64,000 bases of DNA, taken from IMG/VR virus record IMGVR_UViG_3300045131_002463, positions 34,050-98,049 of that record, one strand, 5' to 3'. The DNA comes from a virus. How positions within the stretch are numbered: position 1 is the stretch's first letter; each line of letters opens with the position of its first letter. The notes beneath the pieces are model-generated. The model was not told where the DNA came from, did no database searches, and saw only the letters and a program-made list of their open reading frames with translations. Shown here in pieces: positions 1 through 7,014 of this stretch. Made by a program: the position numbers and the translations under genes.

Positions 1-377
1 TAGTCCTCTTCATTATCCTGCGTTTTCCCTATTCTTTCCATGAATCTTCTGACATCTTCAGCCACATCTCCTAGAAGCTCATATACTTTAGCTCTCTCCC
101 AATCAGTAGAGCATTCTAGAATCAAATCATTAAGCTCCCCTATAAAACTATAGGTTTCCTGAATAACCGCTTCTACTACTATATCATAAGGTTTATTTAC
201 CGGTTCTTCTATGATAGGTTCTTCTTTAGATTTGTTGGTAAAGTCTATTCCTGAAAAAGCTGTGGGCTCCCATGTACCCCATTCAGCGGTAGGGTCTGTT
301 ACTTTCCATGCTTCCCCTGCGTTATGAAGAAAAAAGGGTCTTCCGTATTCATCACGTACAATTTTTGGTTCCATCAT
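1..377 (-). CDS. hypothetical protein (runs to window edge)
   Basis: Manually read ORF MMEPKIVRDEYGRPFF... with GGAG RBS, downstream of promoter 405-433; not in ORF track. Confidence 0.65.
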   Translation of the reverse strand, partial: MMEPKIVRDEYGRPFFLHNAGEAWKVTDPTAEWGTWEPTAFSGIDFTNKSKEEPIIEEPVNKPYDIVVEAVIQETYSFIGELNDLILECSTDWERAKVYELLGDVAEDVRRFMERIGKTQDNEED

Positions 378-404
378 TTTGCTCCTATTTTAAATTCTTT
401 TCTA

Positions 405-433
405 TGTATACCATAAATTTTAATGCTTGTCAA
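405..433 (-). promoter_or_regulatory. sigma70-type promoter
   Basis: TTGACA-N17-TATACA with TG extension on minus strand. Confidence 0.7.
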
Positions 434-450
434 GCTTTTTTTGAAGAGGG

Positions 451-488
451 CGAAAAAAATGCGGAGAATAGGTCATACATTCTCCGCA
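451..488 (-). terminator. intrinsic terminator ending the Y RNA/Ro60/tRNA operon
   Basis: TGCGGAGAAT/ATTCTCCGCA hairpin followed by T7 on the minus strand. Confidence 0.65.
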
Positions 489-512
489 AACCCAATGTCG
501 GCATGGTTAGAA

Positions 513-530
513 TTTGCAATCAATTGCAAA
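513..530. promoter_or_regulatory. palindromic protein-binding site copy 1
   Basis: TTTGCAATCAATTGCAAA. Confidence 0.65.
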
Positions 531-545
531 TATCAGATCAATCGG

Positions 546-818
546 TTATTTTGTGCGCTTTTTAAACGATTCTTCAGTAACATCTTCTTTTGTAATTTTT
601 ACTGTTCCTGGAACATCCCAGATACGACCATCTATATCACGTATACGAAAAGTATTTCCATCCCATTCGCCATAGCCCACAACATAATGAAGATCATCTA
701 CCTCAAAAGCCTGAAGCTTACCAGACTCTTTAGCTTCTCTAGCAGCATCTCTACTGGCTTTATCTCCACATCCCGCTAATAAAAATAAACATAAGCAAAG
801 TAAAATATATTTTTTCAT
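546..818 (-). CDS. small lipoprotein
   Basis: MKKY + hydrophobic stretch + lipobox LAGC. Confidence 0.7.
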   Translation of the reverse strand: MKKYILLCLCLFLLAGCGDKASRDAAREAKESGKLQAFEVDDLHYVVGYGEWDGNTFRIRDIDGRIWDVPGTVKITKEDVTEESFKKRTK

Positions 819-833
819 AATAAACTCCTAAGT

Positions 834-919
834 TGGTGCCGTGGGATCGATTTGCACGACCGGTGTTTCTTATGTAAATGCTCTACAGGCATTCGCCTTC
901 GCTACTAGGCAACCACGGC
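834..919 (-). tRNA. tRNA-Tyr(GTA)
   Basis: GCCGTGG/CCACGGC acceptor, AATGC-CTGTAGA-GCATT anticodon arm, long variable arm, encoded CCA; T-loop TGCAAAT. Confidence 0.85.
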
Positions 920-923
920 AAAA

Positions 924-1003
924 TGGAGGCAGGGGCAGGAATTAAACCTGCGTATAAGGGTAGTTTTGCAAAACTACCCACCTAATCTCTCGGTCACCCC
1001 GCC
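924..1003 (-). tRNA. tRNA-Cys(GCA), atypical extended anticodon arm
   Basis: GGCGGGG/CCCTGCC acceptor, U discriminator, CCA; anticodon arm GGTAGT-TTTGCAAA-ACTACC. Confidence 0.75.
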
Positions 1004-1009
1004 TTATCT

Positions 1010-1330
1010 TTACCCACCACCCATAAGGCGAGTAATATCGTGTTTTTCTTTTTCTAAATCTTTGCGCGCTTTTTCTGCTAAAGATTCAAGAAACTCAGCC
1101 TTCTCTCTAGTAGAGACTAAAATTTGGGCCACCGCTTCTTTAGATCTTCCTAAATAACTATTTAGTTCCTCATGCAAATTAGTCGCAAGTGCAGGAAACT
1201 GCCCATTATTTACTATTACAGGAGCAGGGTTTATAATTTCCATTTCTGGTTCAGACATAACAACTTCCTCTATCGCTTCTTGTTTTTTCTTCTTCGGGAA
1301 AGTATAATTATTTACAATTTCTATTGTCAT
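1010..1330 (-). CDS. hypothetical protein with C-terminal coiled coil
   Basis: ORF fills the gap between tRNA genes on the same strand. Confidence 0.6.
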   Translation of the reverse strand: MTIEIVNNYTFPKKKKQEAIEEVVMSEPEMEIINPAPVIVNNGQFPALATNLHEELNSYLGRSKEAVAQILVSTREKAEFLESLAEKARKDLEKEKHDITRLMGGG

Positions 1331-1339
1331 ATTTTTTAT

Positions 1340-1415
1340 TGGCGACTCCTGCGGGGTATGATCCCGCTCCGATAGTTCGACAGACTATCATGCTGCCAGC
1401 TTACACTAAGGAGCC
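1340..1415 (-). tRNA. tRNA-Asp(GTC)
   Basis: GGCTCCT/AGGAGTC acceptor, ATAGT-CTGTCGA-ACTAT, G discriminator, CCA; T-loop ATCATAC. Confidence 0.85.
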
Positions 1416-1422
1416 TTTAAAA

Positions 1423-1543
1423 TAACGCGGGTTGGATTTTAACCAACGGTTGTCTTAGCATGAACACAATTGTTGCCTAGGCTATAGTGCCCCGCCTTGA
1501 TCACGCCTCTCAGGCGCTCCTCTAAACACTCGGATACCGCGTT
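1423..1543 (-). tRNA. tRNA-like element (possible Leu-GAG) with ~55-nt variable region
   Basis: AACGCGG/CCGCGTT acceptor, TCC/GGA D stem, GCGC-CTGAGAG-GCGT arm, GTTGG-TTAAAAT-CCAAC T arm; no encoded CCA. Confidence 0.5.
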
Positions 1544-1547
1544 ATAT

Positions 1548-1623
1548 TGGTAGCGGGGACCGGGGATGATCCGGCACAGACTGCCTTATGAGGGCAGTGC
1601 TCTACCAATTAAGCTACCCCGCA
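1548..1623 (-). tRNA. tRNA with CAT anticodon (Met/fMet/Ile2 unresolved)
   Basis: TAGCTTAATTGGTAGAGC D arm, CTGCC-CTCATAA-GGCAG, U1:U72 mismatch, CCA. Confidence 0.85.
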
Positions 1624-1627
1624 ATAA

Positions 1628-1819
1628 TTATTCATCAAATTCAATGTTATCTAAACTAGACATGGCATCAAATTTTCTGCCTTTGGACTTCTTATTGAAC
1701 ATCCCACTACATATTCCAGCTGCTTGTGCGGGAAATGATCCTTCTTTTATTAGGGCGGGAATACATCTATCCATAAAGTCTTTTTCCGCTTCTCCTGGCT
1801 TGGGGTAAGGTATAGGCAT
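1628..1819 (-). CDS. small phage protein, paralog of 1820-2032
   Basis: PxPxxGExxxDFxxRCIPxL motif shared with neighbour. Confidence 0.65.
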   Translation of the reverse strand: MPIPYPKPGEAEKDFMDRCIPALIKEGSFPAQAAGICSGMFNKKSKGRKFDAMSSLDNIEFDE

Positions 1820-2032
1820 TTAAGGAGTCTCCTCTAGTGTAGGGAAGCCCCAGGTCGATTCATTATCGAGCGATGCCCCCAGGTCTGGATTTCTTTGTGA
1901 TCTATTAAAAATAGCATTAGATATAATACGCGCCTCTTTCTCAGTCTTACCATTTTCCCTTAACAAGGGAATACAACGCGCTACAAAATCATCTACATTT
2001 TCTCCTTTTACAGGATCCGGAGTTAAATTCAT
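1820..2032 (-). CDS. small phage protein, paralog of 1628-1819
   Basis: PDPVKGENVDDFVARCIPLL. Confidence 0.65.
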   Translation of the reverse strand: MNLTPDPVKGENVDDFVARCIPLLRENGKTEKEARIISNAIFNRSQRNPDLGASLDNESTWGFPTLEETP

Positions 2033-2328
2033 GTCTTATCCTCTTTTTCAATAATTATTCTCCTAGTCCCTAGATCTGGAGTAGAAGAAGGAGAAGCGCA
2101 ACATATAGTTGCGCTTTGTTCCAATTCGAACTTGGTCTGTATTTTTTCTATCGGCTCTCTACCCATGATTAGACCTACTATATTTTTAAATTCAAGGGAG
2201 CTGAGGCTATCGTAGGGTAGTTTGTTGTAGATATCTTCTATCTCTTCTAAAGTAGTGCTAAACCTCAATACTACATCTTGATTTCTTCCTACTGGGCTGA
2301 AGTATGAGGCGCACTCCTTTAATTCCAT
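2029..2328 (-). CDS. hypothetical protein
   Basis: Tightly packed ORF directly after Ro60. Confidence 0.6.
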   Translation of the reverse strand: MELKECASYFSPVGRNQDVVLRFSTTLEEIEDIYNKLPYDSLSSLEFKNIVGLIMGREPIEKIQTKFELEQSATICCASPSSTPDLGTRRIIIEKEDKT

Positions 2329-2329
2329 T

Positions 2330-3862
2330 TTACATTCCCATAATATGTCTCTTTAATGCTTTCCAAGAATCTAGCCCACCTAAAACGTGAAAAATATTAG
2401 GGGACCAGCCAGAGACCATATAAACATCTTTTTGCATAATGTCAATGGGGTAGGTACCGTAAGAAGACAAATCAAACATATATATCTTAGCAGTTGGGTT
2501 TAATTGTTTATACTTATTCCACGAACGCTCAAACGCTGATCTATTCACACTGGAATCTCGAGCCCCATAAAAATGGCTATGCCTACCAAGACCCAGATCT
2601 GAATATATCTGTGAATCCGAGAAAAACATTACATTATCTACGTGCAAATTTCCAGAAATAAGCCAATCAATTACGCGATAACCATACGTGCTTAATCCTA
2701 CTGAGGGCAGCTGAACTCCGCCTATTATTTGGTTTCCAAAAGGCGCTACAGCCCAGTCATTTCCGAAAACTCCAGTTATAACTTTCCCGCATTTCTTAGC
2801 CAGCATTCTTCCTAAAAGGATGCCTACATCTATAAGTCTTATAGAAGAGTTTTTTGAAAGTGGATCATTCATAGAACCACTTACATCACACGCTATAAGC
2901 GTGGCTTCTTTTTTAAGATCCCCTATACCGGGAATATTATCAATAGAAATTATAAGAGCTTTCTCAAACACTTCCTGAAACCTATTCATGTTCATTTGAA
3001 TCTCAGGATCGCGCTCTTCCATCAATCTAGCAAAAGCAGAATACCATCTAAATGGAAATTGTTTAGATTTAAGGATCTGTTGTTCATTCCCTAAAAGTGC
3101 TATCAATTTTTGAATATGCTCTTCACTAATACCAGCCTTCAACATGTTTTTAATATTACGAAGAGCTGCCATATAAGGAATACTATTAGTATCTAGTAGA
3201 TTCTCCCATGCAGCTTTCTTAGCTACTGGATCAGAACCAGCGGCTGATATATCCACTTCCCATGTGGTAATAGGATCTAGGGCATCCTCTAGTATCTGTT
3301 TGTATACAGAGCTTTCTTCTCCTGTTCTGGGCTTAGGGTGACATAAGCATAGGACATCTTTAAATGTAATCTTTTCTTTACTCTGCTTATCGTATTTTCT
3401 AAACTGATAACTATTAAATTTACTAAAAGATTCCGCTATACCTTTCTTTAAGGCATTAGGAATTTTTCTAATATCATGTCCGCCTTTACCTTTTATCCCC
3501 TGCCAAGCAGCTAATAGTTCTTTTATTTCATCTGCCCTAGATACAACCCTAGATACCATAGAGGCAGTAAGTTTATCGTTAAGAGCCAGCCCAACTAGCA
3601 GCACTAACGGTACCGACCTAAGGTACATATCTTTACGTAGGTAAACCGCTAAATTAGCCACGAACTGTGGGTCACATTTAGGAATTAAATCTAGAATAGT
3701 AGCAATAGTCTGATCGGTTTTCTTATAGAAAGTGTCTTGCAGTAGGTTACAAGCTGTAACCGAGTAAAGCTGTTGCTCTGGATCCAGACCTATATATGCT
3801 ACTGCCCCTTCTTCGTTTACTGTTCTTCTTCGATTCTCTGCAACTTCATTAAACCTAGACAT
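2330..3862 (-). CDS. rsr: Ro60/Rsr-like TROVE-domain RNA-binding protein with C-terminal vWA domain
   Basis: NEEGAVAY, YLRKDMYLRSVP, YQFRKY, HPKP, TWE, PYMAALRNI, QFPFR; MIDAS DVSGSM; VSGWS near C-terminus; 510 aa. Confidence 0.92.
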   Translation of the reverse strand: MSRFNEVAENRRRTVNEEGAVAYIGLDPEQQLYSVTACNLLQDTFYKKTDQTIATILDLIPKCDPQFVANLAVYLRKDMYLRSVPLVLLVGLALNDKLTASMVSRVVSRADEIKELLAAWQGIKGKGGHDIRKIPNALKKGIAESFSKFNSYQFRKYDKQSKEKITFKDVLCLCHPKPRTGEESSVYKQILEDALDPITTWEVDISAAGSDPVAKKAAWENLLDTNSIPYMAALRNIKNMLKAGISEEHIQKLIALLGNEQQILKSKQFPFRWYSAFARLMEERDPEIQMNMNRFQEVFEKALIISIDNIPGIGDLKKEATLIACDVSGSMNDPLSKNSSIRLIDVGILLGRMLAKKCGKVITGVFGNDWAVAPFGNQIIGGVQLPSVGLSTYGYRVIDWLISGNLHVDNVMFFSDSQIYSDLGLGRHSHFYGARDSSVNRSAFERSWNKYKQLNPTAKIYMFDLSSYGTYPIDIMQKDVYMVSGWSPNIFHVLGGLDSWKALKRHIMGM

Positions 3863-3891
3863 ATTTTTAACTCCTTGAAATTTATGAAAAA

Positions 3892-4003
3892 GCGCGGGGA
3901 AAGGACTATAACGGGTTTACTGCAGGATTCCAACCTGCAATCCTAGATTGTTGTCTAGTGTGTTTAGCATTTCACGAAGTATCCGTTATATACGCCGCCG
4001 CAC
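3892..4003 (-). ncRNA. Y-RNA-like ncRNA 6 with D/anticodon/T-arm tRNA-like insert
   Basis: Terminal stem GUGCGG/CCGCGC, CGGCGUA...UACUUC motif, GCAGG-UUGGAAU-CCUGC T arm. Confidence 0.75.
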
Positions 4004-4019
4004 CACAAAAGCCAATGTA

Positions 4020-4145
4020 AAGCGCTAGGAAAAAGCTAGAAGAGAAATGCGTCTCACCAACTGACGCCCTCAACTTTCGTTGGGATCGATTCGAACGATT
4101 ACTCATTTTTAATAAGAAGTAACTCTTCTATACGCCGTAGCGCTT
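4020..4145 (-). ncRNA. Y-RNA-like ncRNA 5, YrlA-type
   Basis: AAGCGCUA/UAGCGCUU stem, CGGCGUA, AUCG-UUCGAAU-CGAU T arm, GAAA-capped stem, GCGUCAGUUGGUGAGACGC D arm. Confidence 0.82.
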
Positions 4146-4155
4146 AATTAAAAAG

Positions 4156-4283
4156 TTTGGCAGGAAAAAAGCTGAAAGAGGTGTTTGTGCCCTTTTTTAT
4201 TTTTACAAGGAAAAACCTATTGCTAGGATAAAACCTTTGGTGGACATTTACTGTGAAGTATCTCTCTCATACGCCGTGCCAAA
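4156..4283 (-). ncRNA. Y-RNA-like ncRNA 4
   Basis: UUUGGCA/UGCCAAA stem, CGGCGUA-UGAGAGAG-AUACUUC ... CUCUUUCA-GCUUUUUUCC. Confidence 0.72.
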
Positions 4284-4294
4284 TAGGTAAAAGA

Positions 4295-4365
4295 TACCGG
4301 GGTAAAAGCGATTAAGGAGTCGTCCTAAACTAAAGATGAAGTAACCTTATTCTACGCCGCCGGTA
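4295..4365 (-). ncRNA. Y-RNA-like ncRNA 3 (short)
   Basis: UACCGG/CCGGUA stem, CGGCGUA...UUACUUC motif. Confidence 0.7.
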
Positions 4366-4376
4366 ATTTTTTTTAA

Positions 4377-4508
4377 AAAAAGAGGGAAAAAATGATTAGA
4401 GAGATTTTCGCGTTTTAGTTAAACTATCTCCACAAAGTGAAGAGCAGAATTCTATATCTGCATCACGTCATTGGCATTGAAGTAACTCTAATCTACGCCG
4501 CTCTTTTT
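4377..4508 (-). ncRNA. Y-RNA-like ncRNA 2, degenerate YrlA-type
   Basis: AAAAAGAG/CUCUUUUU stem, CGGCGUA, GCAGA/UCUGC T-like arm, UCUUCAC/GUGGAGA stem, UAGUUUAACUAAAAC D-like arm. Confidence 0.72.
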
Positions 4509-4520
4509 ATTTTTTTATTT

Positions 4521-4590
4521 AAAGCGGGAAAAAACGAGCAAAGTTTTGGTTTCATTTTCAGTGAAGTATCTCTGCTCTACGCCGCGCTTT
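4521..4590 (-). ncRNA. Y-RNA-like ncRNA 1 (short)
   Basis: AAAGCG/CGCUUU stem, CGGCGUA-GAGCAGAG-AUACUUC ... CUUUGCUC-GUUUUUUCC. Confidence 0.7.
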
Positions 4591-4618
4591 TATATCAAAG
4601 ATCTCAAATTCTAAATAT

Positions 4619-4647
4619 ACTATACCACATTTTTAAAAGCTTGTCAA
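4619..4647 (-). promoter_or_regulatory. strong sigma70 promoter of Y RNA/Ro60 operon
   Basis: TTGACA-AGCTTTTAAAAATGTGG-TATAGT (17-nt spacer, TG extension). Confidence 0.8.
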
Positions 4648-4655
4648 GCTTTTTC

Positions 4656-4670
4656 TGCAATCAATTGCAA
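4656..4670. promoter_or_regulatory. palindromic site copy 2
   Basis: TGCAATCAATTGCAA just upstream of the -35. Confidence 0.6.
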
Positions 4671-5369
4671 TTATTTTTTAAATTTTTCTACTATGTCTTC
4701 AAATAATGAAGGTGTTGCAGTATAAACTATATCTAAGAGCATGAAGGCAATTCTTCTAATCTCCCACTCAGCAGCAGTATCTAGACGTAATTTAAAGAAA
4801 TCTCTAAGAGCGCGCGCATTAGCCCATGCATTACGAGTAGTTGCTACATTAACAGGCATAATTAAGCGCGCATCTTGTTTTTTTGCCCCTGTATCAATAA
4901 GAAATTTATAAGCCCTATAAGCATTTTCACATGCCCCTGACATTAATTGATAAGTAGCTTCTACCTCATCTTTGTTCTTTATATACTCTAAAGGAGGATA
5001 AATAAACTTAGGTTGTTGTTGTGTATAACGTCGAGATAAACTTACATGCGCCTGAGTGCGGTGTCGGCTCCATTGCGCCCCCGCAGCTTTTGATAAACCA
5101 GTAACATAAAAGTTATATTGTATAGATTCTATAGGAACGTTGTGCCCCATTTTAATAAGTTTCTTATTGAGCGCTTTTGCTTTTTCTATAGAATTAGCTT
5201 CTTTATTGTATGAGGTTCCAGCGGCTATAGCGGGTATACATTCAATATTTCCTTTAGGATCTTCCGGATCATAGTTACCTATGGGTGTAGTAACAGCAAT
5301 AAGCTTAATTTCCGGTTCTTCGTTCCCGAAGTTATCCTGTCTCAAACTAAACCAAGGATCAAATATCAC
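4671..5369 (-). CDS. thyX: FAD-dependent thymidylate synthase
   Basis: RHRx7SxR motif (RHRTQAHVSLSRRY), GH, ARLIMP, LRLDTAAEWEIR. Confidence 0.92.
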   Translation of the reverse strand: MIFDPWFSLRQDNFGNEEPEIKLIAVTTPIGNYDPEDPKGNIECIPAIAAGTSYNKEANSIEKAKALNKKLIKMGHNVPIESIQYNFYVTGLSKAAGAQWSRHRTQAHVSLSRRYTQQQPKFIYPPLEYIKNKDEVEATYQLMSGACENAYRAYKFLIDTGAKKQDARLIMPVNVATTRNAWANARALRDFFKLRLDTAAEWEIRRIAFMLLDIVYTATPSLFEDIVEKFKK

Positions 5370-5602
5370 TTTATTTCTCCTATAGGCCAGTATCTCGCCT
5401 CTTCTCCCCCCGAGAAGATAATGGGTTCATCATACCAAAACATGCTTCCTTTTACAACACCTTTTTTAACAGTATAATTTTCGTTAGGGTTATCCTTCTT
5501 TGGGATCTTACCAGTGTACACTTTATCTAAACAAGTGTGATGCTTATCGCTAATGTAACAAAGCAGGGATGCCTTTTTTTCTTTCGGTGGCTTTTTTGCC
5601 AT
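5366..5602 (-). CDS. hypothetical protein
   Basis: ATGA-type overlap with thyX. Confidence 0.6.
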   Translation of the reverse strand: MAKKPPKEKKASLLCYISDKHHTCLDKVYTGKIPKKDNPNENYTVKKGVVKGSMFWYDEPIIFSGGEEARYWPIGEIK

Positions 5603-5604
5603 AA

Positions 5605-5817
5605 TTAAAACTCCTGAAAAAAAACGTCTGGGTCTTTAAAATCCCCTACTATGCTAGAGTCTACATCAACAGTGCCCGAGAGTCCAGAGTTTTTTAGCGC
5701 TATTTCAGCATTATTTTTATACTTGTTAGCTGCGTATAGACTTGTAAATATCCCCAGTACTCCACTTTTAACAGAGAATTCTGAGATCGCATAGGTTACA
5801 ACATATAACACTTTCAA
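5605..5817 (-). CDS. hypothetical protein
   Basis: GGAG RBS, packed ORF. Confidence 0.55.
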   Translation of the reverse strand: MKVLYVVTYAISEFSVKSGVLGIFTSLYAANKYKNNAEIALKNSGLSGTVDVDSSIVGDFKDPDVFFQEF

Positions 5818-5827
5818 CTTATAACTC

Positions 5828-6520
5828 CTACTTTTTCACTTTGCCTATATTATGTAGTACAGCAAGTTCTTCTATTTCTCGCATAGAAAGACCTTTCTTT
5901 AAACGGCGTGAGATAAAAGAGCCATTTACACCCCACTCTCTTCCCCAGGCGGCTAATATTTTATCTTCCCCTTTATACTTTATATGTACATTGTCTGCTC
6001 TATTGGCATTCTGAATCTCTAGGGAAACATAACGACAGTTTTCTGGACTATATCCTTTGGTTCCATCTATTCTATCCAATTGATATCCCTCAGGACAAGG
6101 GCCCATATCAGCAAAAAAATTCTCAAAGCCACTATCACCAGACCATCTAGCGCACACTTTTATTCCCCTAGCTCCATATCTCTCATACCCTCTATGCCCG
6201 GGCTCTTCACATCTTCTATGCATTTCTACGTATCTTCTGTATACTTCTGTTCCACCCTTAAATATTCTACTGGTATGTCCATGTTTTGTTCTAGAACACC
6301 CACAGCTTTTAGAAGCTCCGGATTTTAATCTATAAGAAGGAATGGTAACTTCTTTGCCACATCCATGACATAGGCATAGATAATGTATATGTCTGCTGGT
6401 GCCTTTTTTACTTCCAATACCTAAAACCTCTAAGTCACCAAAAGTATCTCCTTTCTTTATATCCCCTTCTGGGTCTTTACCTGAAAGCACTCGTCTAATA
6501 GTTTTGGATAAATCACTCAT
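5828..6520 (-). CDS. HNH-type homing endonuclease
   Basis: CLCHGCG, KSCGC, YGARGIKVCARW, LDRIDGTKGYSPENCR. Confidence 0.85.
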   Translation of the reverse strand: MSDLSKTIRRVLSGKDPEGDIKKGDTFGDLEVLGIGSKKGTSRHIHYLCLCHGCGKEVTIPSYRLKSGASKSCGCSRTKHGHTSRIFKGGTEVYRRYVEMHRRCEEPGHRGYERYGARGIKVCARWSGDSGFENFFADMGPCPEGYQLDRIDGTKGYSPENCRYVSLEIQNANRADNVHIKYKGEDKILAAWGREWGVNGSFISRRLKKGLSMREIEELAVLHNIGKVKK

Positions 6521-6801
6521 CTTAGTCCCTGTTTTAATTCTTTAGTTTTCTCTTTCATCCATTGTTTATCTAGAGCGGATATTAATTCTTGCTCAGTTAG
6601 CTCTTCGTTCCTATAGTTTCTTAAGAATGAATATGATAATCCGCTAAGATAAGAGGCCTCCGCTACTGACATTTTGCGTCCTTTAAAGGTTATGAAAGTA
6701 TTACCTTTCATTTTATTTATTTTTCTATCTACTCCATAATATGCGCCTTTTTCTAATTTATCTATTATGTCTAACCATCTTTCCTTACGTGTTATTAGCA
6801 T
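6517..6801 (-). CDS. hypothetical small DNA-binding protein
   Basis: ITFKGRKMSVAEASYLSGLS resembles the HTH-like tail of the adjacent HNH protein. Confidence 0.5.
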   Translation of the reverse strand: MLITRKERWLDIIDKLEKGAYYGVDRKINKMKGNTFITFKGRKMSVAEASYLSGLSYSFLRNYRNEELTEQELISALDKQWMKEKTKELKQGLR

Positions 6802-7003
6802 TACACATCTCCAACTTCTTAATTTTATTTCTTCTAAACCCAGACCTACAAAACTTATCTCTCATATAATCTTCTATAAGTCTACATTCAAAAAGCAAAT
6901 CATATTGTAGATCCTCTGGGAGATTTTCTATTTTACTTCTAATACGGGTTAGATTAGAAGTAATTTTATTTACCTTTTCTATGTTTTCCTGCGCTATTTC
7001 CAT
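6785..7003 (-). CDS. hypothetical protein
   Basis: GGAG RBS, packed ORF. Confidence 0.55.
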   Translation of the reverse strand: MEIAQENIEKVNKITSNLTRIRSKIENLPEDLQYDLLFECRLIEDYMRDKFCRSGFRRNKIKKLEMCNANNT

Positions 7004-7014
7004 TTCATTTCTCC

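Noticed and set aside
1423-1543. tRNA-Sec or tmRNA
   Set aside because: No UCA anticodon in a proper arm, only a 7-bp acceptor stem, and too short with no tag ORF or G3:U70.
308-1808. Plus-strand ORFs over the tRNA region
   Set aside because: Shadow ORFs opposite tRNAs and better-supported minus-strand genes.
3892-4590. CRISPR array or mini-array
   Set aside because: Conserved parts are short bipartite motifs within self-pairing elements of unequal length, not identical direct repeats with uniform spacers; no cas operon.
4437-4706. Plus-strand 89-aa ORF
   Set aside because: Antisense to the Y RNA array and its promoter; no RBS; low-complexity translation.
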